The notes under the pieces were generated by a model, which was not told the DNA's origin, did no database searches, and saw only the letters and a program-made list of their open reading frames with translations. The position numbers were made by a program, and so were the translations under genes. Shown piece by piece: positions 26,319 to 32,000 of a DNA stretch of 32,000 bases. Source of the stretch: Candidatus Nitrospira inopinata. Lineage in GTDB: Bacteria > Nitrospirota > Nitrospiria > Nitrospirales > Nitrospiraceae. Position 1 is the stretch's first letter, and each line of letters begins with the position of its first letter. The stretch spans positions 1,140,001 through 1,172,000 of the forward strand of contig NZ_LN885086.1 of the NCBI RefSeq assembly GCF_001458695.1, in the 5' to 3' direction.

Positions 26319-29300
26319 ATGGATGATCGCGTCTCGACATGGTTGAAAGATCTCGGTCTTGATCAATACCGAGAGGTGTTTCAGCAGCAGGCCGTTACGT
26401 GGGACGTGCTGCCGGAGCTGAATGATCAAGACTTGATTGCCTTGGGCGTGTTGTTGGGACATCGGAAAAAACTGTTGCGCGCCATCGCCCAATTGTCGCC
26501 GCGGCCGGTGAGCATCGACGAGGCGTCCGCGCCCATCACCGGGAAGGAGGAACCCGCGCCGGCTCTCTCCGGCCAAGACCAAGGAGAGCGCCGCCAATTG
26601 ACGGTCATGTTTTGCGACCTTGCGGGATCGACGGCGCTGGCCTGCCGACTGGACCCCGAAGATCTTCAAACCGCGATCCGGGGATTTCTGGACGCGTGCA
26701 GCCAAGCGATCGGCCGGTTCAACGGCTACATTGCGAAATACATGGGAGACGGGCTGTTGGCCTATTTCGGCTACCCCCAGGCCCATGAACATGACGCGGA
26801 GCGGGCCGTCCACGCGGGGCTGGCCGTCTTGGAATTGGTCAAGGTGCTGCCTCGCGATCATCCGTTTCCCGAAAGGTTTGACCCGGCGGTGAGAATCGGG
26901 ATCGCGACCGGACCCGTTATGGTCGGAGAGCTGATCGGGACGGCGACCGCCAAGGAACGGTCGGTGTTCGGCGAGACCCCGAACCTGGCGGCTCGACTTC
27001 AGGGACTGGCCGCGCCGAATCAATTGATCGTGGATTCGGCGACGAAGCGTCTGGTCGGAGGGGAGTTCGAGTTCGCCGATCACGGGACGTTCGCGCTCAA
27101 GGGCTTCTCAACGCCGGTCCAGGCCTGGCGGGCGCTGCGGAGCAAGCCGTCGGCCAGCCGGTTCGAGTCGTCTCGAGCCGGCCGAATGAGCAGCTTTGTG
27201 GGCAGGGAGCATGAGACCGCGCTGCTGATGGGCCGCTGGCGGGAAGCCGCCGACGGTGAAGGCCAGGTCGTGCTGCTCAGCGGTGAAGCCGGCATCGGCA
27301 AATCGAGATTGATCCGGTATGTGAGCGATCGGCTCGCCGGTTCCGCCCATGCCCTGGTCCAATTTCAATGTTCGCCGCACCATACCGACACCGCGCTCTA
27401 TCCGGCGATCACCGCGTTGCGGCAGATGACGGGAATGACCGGTGAGGACGGCGCCGAGACGCAACGGCAAAAACTGCATGATCTGATGGCCGCCATCGGG
27501 CTTGACGACCCGATGGCGGTCGCTTTGATCGCCGAGTTGATGGGGATGTCGGCGGACGGTTTGCAACGGATGCCGCCTTTGTCGCCGGAGCGACGCAAGG
27601 ACCTGACGCTGGAGGCGCTCGTGCGGTCTGTTCACAGACTGGCGGATCGCTCTCCCCTGTTGTTCGTGGTGGAGGACGCCCATTGGCTCGATCCGACCAC
27701 GTTGGATTTTTTGACGCGAATGATCGATCGCATCCAGCAGATGCACGTGCTGTTGGTCATCACCTTTCGTCCTGATTTCAAGCCGATGTGGGCCGACTCC
27801 AGCCACGTCACCTGCCTTTCTTTGAACCGGTTTCCGCGCCGGCAGAGCGCCGAGCTGATCGCGGAGATGACGAGGGGCAAGGCGCTGCCGCCCGAGGTGC
27901 AGCAGGCGGTCTTGGTGAAAACGGACGGCATTCCTCTCTATATCGAGGAGTTGACGGAAAATCTGCTCGCGTCCGGTATGTTGACCGAAGGAACCGACTC
28001 GTTCAGCTTGAACGCGCAGTCGACGGATTTGGCCATTCCCGACAGTTTGCAGGCTCTGCTCATGGAACGGATCGACCGATTAGGTTCGGCCAAGGATCTC
28101 GTGCAGATCGGAGCCGCGATCGGGCGGGAATTCGATTATGAACTGTTGCGGGAAGCGGTCGATCTGGAGGAGAGCCAGTTGGAGCAGGCGCTCCGCCGTC
28201 TGGTGACGTCGGGGATTATTTTCCAAGAAGGCGACCTGCCGAACGCCAAGTTTCAGTTCAAACACGCGTTGCTGCAGGACGCCGCCTATCATACCCTGCC
28301 CAGAAAATCCCGTCGAAGCCTGCATGCCCGTCTTGCGAGCGCGTTGGAGGGCAAGTTCGCCGAGCGCGTCAAGGCGGAGCCGGAGCTCTTGGCCTATCAC
28401 TATGAACAGGCGGGGTTGATCAGACCTGCCGTCGAGTACCGCCGCCTTGCGGCTCGCAGGGACGCGGAACGATCGGCCGACATCGAAGCCCTGAGCCATT
28501 TCAACAAAGCGTTGGCCTTGTTGAAGGAATTGCCCGAAGGGCCGGATCGTGATGCCTTGGAGTTGGACCTTCTTATCGCGCGCGGGGCTCCTATGGTGAC
28601 CCTCAAGGGGTACGCATCCGACGACATCGAGCGGAACTATCGCCGAGCCGGGGAGCTCTCGAAGGAAGACAGTCTGTCGGATCAGCATTTCCTTGCCGTC
28701 TGGGGACTCTGGGTATTCCATCTGGTGCGAGGGCCTCTGGCGCGGGCTTCGGATCTGGCTGAAACACTTCTGTCGTTGGCCCACCGCCGGCAGGTTCCCG
28801 ATCTCCTGGTTCGCGCTCATGAGAGCGCGGGATCGACCGACTCCTTCATCGGTCGGTTCGACGAGGCCAAGACCCATCTCGAGGCAGCCACGACCGATCC
28901 CCGCCCATGCCGCTCCCACGCCTTGCCGTACACGCAGGACCCCGGCATCACGGCGAGAATCATGCTGGCCAGGACGTTATGGATCATGGGCGAAGTGGAT
29001 CGGGTCGAACCGTTGGTGTCGGAAGCCATCGGCAAAGCGAGGGACTTGGCGCATCCGTTCACCTTGGCCTTTACCCTGGCGACGACGGCATGGATCTCGT
29101 CCATGCTGCGCGACGCGAAGCGCACGTTGGAGCTGGCCGAGGAAGCGATCGCGATCTCAACCAAGTATTCGTTTGAAGTGGCGCGAGCCTGGGCCATCTC
29201 CTCCCAGGGCTGGGCGTTGGCCAGAAACGGCGATGAGAAGGGGCTTGCCCGGTTGAGGGAGGGGCTCGCTGCGACCCAAGCGACGGGGGCCGCCCTCAAT

Positions 29301-29708
29301 AACACCTACACCTTGGCCTTGCTCGCGGAGAGTTATCTGCGCTATGGACGAATCGATGAAGGGTTGGGCGCCGTCGCGGAGGCGCAGCGGCTCGCCGCGA
29401 CGCAGGACGAACGGTTTTGGACGGCCGAACTGAGTCGGCTCACGGGTGAATTGTTGCTCGGACGGGCCGATCCGCCGATCGGCGCGGCGGAGCAATGTTT
29501 TCAAGAGGCGCTGACGGTCGCGCGGAGCCAACGAGCCGTCATGTTGGAGTTTCGAGCCGCGACGAGCCTGGCGAGGCTGTTGAAGACGGTGAACCGGTCG
29601 GAAGACGCTCGGCGTCTCCTTGGGGCTGTCCGTTCCCGATTTAATAAACAAGCGGATTGTGTGGACCTGCAAGATGCGCAAGCCGTTTTTGATCAACTTC
29701 GGATGTGA
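26319..29708 (+). CDS. SAM domain - class III adenylate/guanylate cyclase - STAND/AAA ATPase - TPR multidomain signalling protein (1129 aa)
   Basis: Residues 1-60 are SAM-like (WLKDLGLDQYREVF...LPELNDQDLIALGVLLGHRKKLLRAI). Residues about 93-270 form the cyclase core (TVMFCDLAGST, KYMGDGLLAYFG, GIATGPVMVGE, FGETPNLAARLQ). Walker A is GEAGIGKSRL (residues 322-331) and Walker B is LLFVVEDAHWLD. The C-terminal approximately 430 residues are helical and TPR-like. There is no C-terminal HTH. Confidence 0.9.
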   Translation: MDDRVSTWLKDLGLDQYREVFQQQAVTWDVLPELNDQDLIALGVLLGHRKKLLRAIAQLSPRPVSIDEASAPITGKEEPAPALSGQDQGERRQLTVMFCDLAGSTALACRLDPEDLQTAIRGFLDACSQAIGRFNGYIAKYMGDGLLAYFGYPQAHEHDAERAVHAGLAVLELVKVLPRDHPFPERFDPAVRIGIATGPVMVGELIGTATAKERSVFGETPNLAARLQGLAAPNQLIVDSATKRLVGGEFEFADHGTFALKGFSTPVQAWRALRSKPSASRFESSRAGRMSSFVGREHETALLMGRWREAADGEGQVVLLSGEAGIGKSRLIRYVSDRLAGSAHALVQFQCSPHHTDTALYPAITALRQMTGMTGEDGAETQRQKLHDLMAAIGLDDPMAVALIAELMGMSADGLQRMPPLSPERRKDLTLEALVRSVHRLADRSPLLFVVEDAHWLDPTTLDFLTRMIDRIQQMHVLLVITFRPDFKPMWADSSHVTCLSLNRFPRRQSAELIAEMTRGKALPPEVQQAVLVKTDGIPLYIEELTENLLASGMLTEGTDSFSLNAQSTDLAIPDSLQALLMERIDRLGSAKDLVQIGAAIGREFDYELLREAVDLEESQLEQALRRLVTSGIIFQEGDLPNAKFQFKHALLQDAAYHTLPRKSRRSLHARLASALEGKFAERVKAEPELLAYHYEQAGLIRPAVEYRRLAARRDAERSADIEALSHFNKALALLKELPEGPDRDALELDLLIARGAPMVTLKGYASDDIERNYRRAGELSKEDSLSDQHFLAVWGLWVFHLVRGPLARASDLAETLLSLAHRRQVPDLLVRAHESAGSTDSFIGRFDEAKTHLEAATTDPRPCRSHALPYTQDPGITARIMLARTLWIMGEVDRVEPLVSEAIGKARDLAHPFTLAFTLATTAWISSMLRDAKRTLELAEEAIAISTKYSFEVARAWAISSQGWALARNGDEKGLARLREGLAATQATGAALNNTYTLALLAESYLRYGRIDEGLGAVAEAQRLAATQDERFWTAELSRLTGELLLGRADPPIGAAEQCFQEALTVARSQRAVMLEFRAATSLARLLKTVNRSEDARRLLGAVRSRFNKQADCVDLQDAQAVFDQLRM

Positions 29709-29759
29709 GGGGGGAGTCTTGCTGATGGGCGGCACACTGTCATGTCTTTTCTGTGAACG

Positions 29760-30515
29760 ATGCGCCTGACGATTCTCGGCTCAGGGACCAATGTTCATCC
29801 CGCCAGAGCCGCCGCCGGCTATCTGGTGCGGACGGACCAGACCATTCTGCTGGATTTCGGCCCGCGCACGTTGATGAATCTCATCAAAACCGGCATGGAT
29901 CGCCATCGGGTGACCCATGTACTCTTTTCTCATTTGCACGCGGATCACTTCTCGGATTTCATCACCTTTTTCTTCGACGCGTTGATCTACACCAAACATG
30001 AAGGAGGCCACCGTCCGGATCTGACCCTCATCGGTCCCAGAGGGACGAAGCGGCTGATCCAAGGCATCATGGCCACGTTTCCGAGCTTTTCCAACCCGCC
30101 GTTCCGGGTCTATATCAAAGAGGTGGAAGGACGATCCTTCCGGATCGGCGACACGCTCGTGATTCCCAAGCCGGTCGTCCACGTACCGGATTTGAATTGC
30201 GTGGGATATCGGTTGGAATATCGGAACAAGACGCTCGTCTATTCAGGGGATGCCCAGTACTGCGACAGTCTCGTTCGCCTCTGTCGCGACGCCGATCTCG
30301 CCGTGTTGGATTGCTCGTTCCCGGCCAATCGGCCCGGCCCCGTGCACATGCACGCGGGCGAATGCGGTCGGGTCGCGCGGGAGGCCGGAGTGGATCGCCT
30401 CGTGCTGTCGCACTTCTATCCGGTGGCGGATCGCGAGGACGTCACAGGTCAAGCGGCGGAAGAGTACGGAGGACGAATCCGGAAAGGAAAGGACCTGCTG
30501 ACCATTCAGATCTAA
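29760..30515 (+). CDS. MBL-fold metallo-hydrolase (RNase Z/PhnP-like)
   Basis: MRLTILGSGT N-terminus, HxHxDH motif (SHLHADHF), and downstream conserved D/H positions (SGD, LSHF). Confidence 0.85.
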   Translation: MRLTILGSGTNVHPARAAAGYLVRTDQTILLDFGPRTLMNLIKTGMDRHRVTHVLFSHLHADHFSDFITFFFDALIYTKHEGGHRPDLTLIGPRGTKRLIQGIMATFPSFSNPPFRVYIKEVEGRSFRIGDTLVIPKPVVHVPDLNCVGYRLEYRNKTLVYSGDAQYCDSLVRLCRDADLAVLDCSFPANRPGPVHMHAGECGRVAREAGVDRLVLSHFYPVADREDVTGQAAEEYGGRIRKGKDLLTIQI

Positions 30516-30541
30516 CGCGCAGATCTCACGCAGGCCCGACG

Positions 30542-31402
30542 TCAAAGCCCCTCTTCCCGAGAGGGGCCGCCCAAGATTTCCATAAATGTGATCAAACGAG
30601 TGGATTTGACCGGTTCGTTCATTTTGGCGTAGATCGAACAGAGGTTCTTCGCCATACGGGCGAGAATGGCCCGCACGGGGCTGGGTTGCAGGTACTTATC
30701 GTCGAATCCGTATCCGGCCTCGGTCAAGAACCGCGCGCAGTTCTTTTCCGTGAGCAAGGCGCCGCCGTTGAAGCAGTCGATGAAGACGGAATACCGTTTG
30801 GATTCGTATTTCACCAAAAAATGACCGGGCATGCCGATGCCGAGAAGCGGCAGGCCCAGACGCTGTCCGATCAGCAAATAGACGACGGACAGGCTGATCG
30901 GAATGCCCATCCGTCGGTCGATGACACGGTTCAGGTAGCTGTTTTCCGGTTCGTAGTAATTCTTGGTGTTGCCTTTGAACCCCTGCTCGGCGAAGACGTA
31001 GCGGTTGAGCGCGTTGACGGTTTCCTCTCCGGAGGATCGGCAACCGATGCGGGCCCGCACCTCCCGCGCCATCATGTCGAGTTGGGCTTGATACCGCGAT
31101 ACGTCGAGGGACGGATAGGCGTAACGGGCGATCAGAAAGGAACCGGCTTCCAGGCTCATCGCGTCGTCCGGACGGGCCGACAGCTCGATCAGCTCGCTCT
31201 CGATCCGGTTCCAGCGAATTTCCTCCAGCACGGCGGCGATGCGATCGGCCATCTCCGGCTGCTCGATCTCCGCCTCCTGCAACAGCGGCACGGCCGGGTT
31301 GCCGATCGAGATCAGCTTGCCGCTGATGGTGCGGACGATGCGGTCGTCCCGGTCAGAAAGCAGGCGGATCAACGCCCGAATTTGGCTTTCTGGAACGAGC
31401 AT
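30542..31402 (-). CDS. SirB1-family transglutaminase-like/TPR protein with an N-terminal HEAT-like segment
   Basis: Core NSYLNRVIDRRMGIPISLSVVYLLIGQRLGLPLLGIGMPGHFLVKY matches the SirB1/YchA pattern. The ATG at 31402 lies 2 nt after the stop of the upstream ABC-2 gene. Confidence 0.75.
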   Translation of the reverse strand: MLVPESQIRALIRLLSDRDDRIVRTISGKLISIGNPAVPLLQEAEIEQPEMADRIAAVLEEIRWNRIESELIELSARPDDAMSLEAGSFLIARYAYPSLDVSRYQAQLDMMAREVRARIGCRSSGEETVNALNRYVFAEQGFKGNTKNYYEPENSYLNRVIDRRMGIPISLSVVYLLIGQRLGLPLLGIGMPGHFLVKYESKRYSVFIDCFNGGALLTEKNCARFLTEAGYGFDDKYLQPSPVRAILARMAKNLCSIYAKMNEPVKSTRLITFMEILGGPSREEGL

Positions 31403-31404
31403 GT

Positions 31405-32000
31405 CTACCCCATCGCCCGGCGAAACGCCTTGGCTCCTCCGTACAGACAAATCGCGTCGAAGACCACCATGACCGGTATCACCATGGCGACGTGCGGCAA
31501 GGCGTCGCTCCAGCCGGAGAGGATCAACGGCCTGACCGCGTCGATGGCCCAGGTCATGGGGTTGAAGCGGGCGAGAAAGCTCATCCAGCCGGGCATCGCC
31601 GCCAGCGGCACCAGCGCCGAACTCAAGAAGATCATCGGGAGGGAGAGAAATCCCAGGACCGAGAAGAAATCGCCGTGACTCTTGACGGAAAAGGCCATGG
31701 CCATGGAGATGGCCGTGAGCCCCACGCCGAACATCATGCCGATCAGGAGGATCGTGGCGACGCCGAGCAATCCCGTCGCCGGCTCGACGCCGAACAGGAA
31801 CGCCACGCCCAGGATGACCAGGACTTGCAGCGACGTGATCGTCATCACGAAAATGAAGCGGCTCAAAATGACCGAGCTTCTTCTGATCGGGGCCGACATC
31901 AGCCGTTCGAGAAAGCCGTTTTCTTTGTCGAACAAAAGATCGACGCCTCCGGCCAGGCCGTTGTTCAACACGGTCATCACGACCACGCCGGCGGCCAGAA
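31405..32000 (-). CDS. ABC-2 type transporter permease (partial, N-terminus beyond the window end)
   Basis: Multiple TM helices and the ABC-2 pattern (FLERLMSAPIRRSSVILSRF..., C-terminal WAIDAVRPLIL). The ORF is open to the window edge. Confidence 0.8.
   Translation of the reverse strand, partial: LAAGVVVMTVLNNGLAGGVDLLFDKENGFLERLMSAPIRRSSVILSRFIFVMTITSLQVLVILGVAFLFGVEPATGLLGVATILLIGMMFGVGLTAISMAMAFSVKSHGDFFSVLGFLSLPMIFLSSALVPLAAMPGWMSFLARFNPMTWAIDAVRPLILSGWSDALPHVAMVIPVMVVFDAICLYGGAKAFRRAMG

Noticed and set aside
30197-31678. 493-aa plus-strand ORF overlapping the MBL, SirB1-like and ABC-2 genes
   Set aside because: It crosses three independently supported genes on both strands and has an Arg-rich composition. 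This is a shadow ORF.

Overview
GC-rich (roughly 60%) bacterial chromosomal segment, densely packed with about 36 genes that are mostly housekeeping. I saw no rRNA, tRNA, CRISPR array, transposase or integrase. A Nitrospirota-like origin is only a guess. In order: the end of the ATP synthase operon (atpD', atpC), rluD, two small unknowns, a GNAT, an outer-membrane beta-barrel next to a znuABC-type metal importer, and anmK plus a membrane-anchored DUF2726-like protein. Then a CpoB-like TPR protein, an orphan REC-GGDEF regulator, and a long minus-strand operon (larC, CaCA exchanger, pdxA, orf105, rsmA). This is followed by gpsA-larB, a truD / TIGR00300 / guanidino-modifying-enzyme operon, a HEAT-repeat membrane protein, MarR, a USP-UbiB fusion, a 1129-aa SAM-cyclase-STAND-TPR protein with an MBL-fold hydrolase downstream, a SirB1-like protein and a partial ABC-2 permease. 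The best candidate for an undescribed system is the cyclase-STAND-TPR plus MBL pair (26319-30515). Secondary leads are a split version of the cyanobacterial ArgZ/AgrE arginine dihydrolase / ornithine-cyclodeaminase-like enzyme, dispersed larB/larC without larE/larA, the USP-UbiB fusion, and several tightly operon-embedded unknown ORFs. All calls rest on reading motifs in the translated ORFs and on hand inspection of intergenic DNA. No database search was possible.
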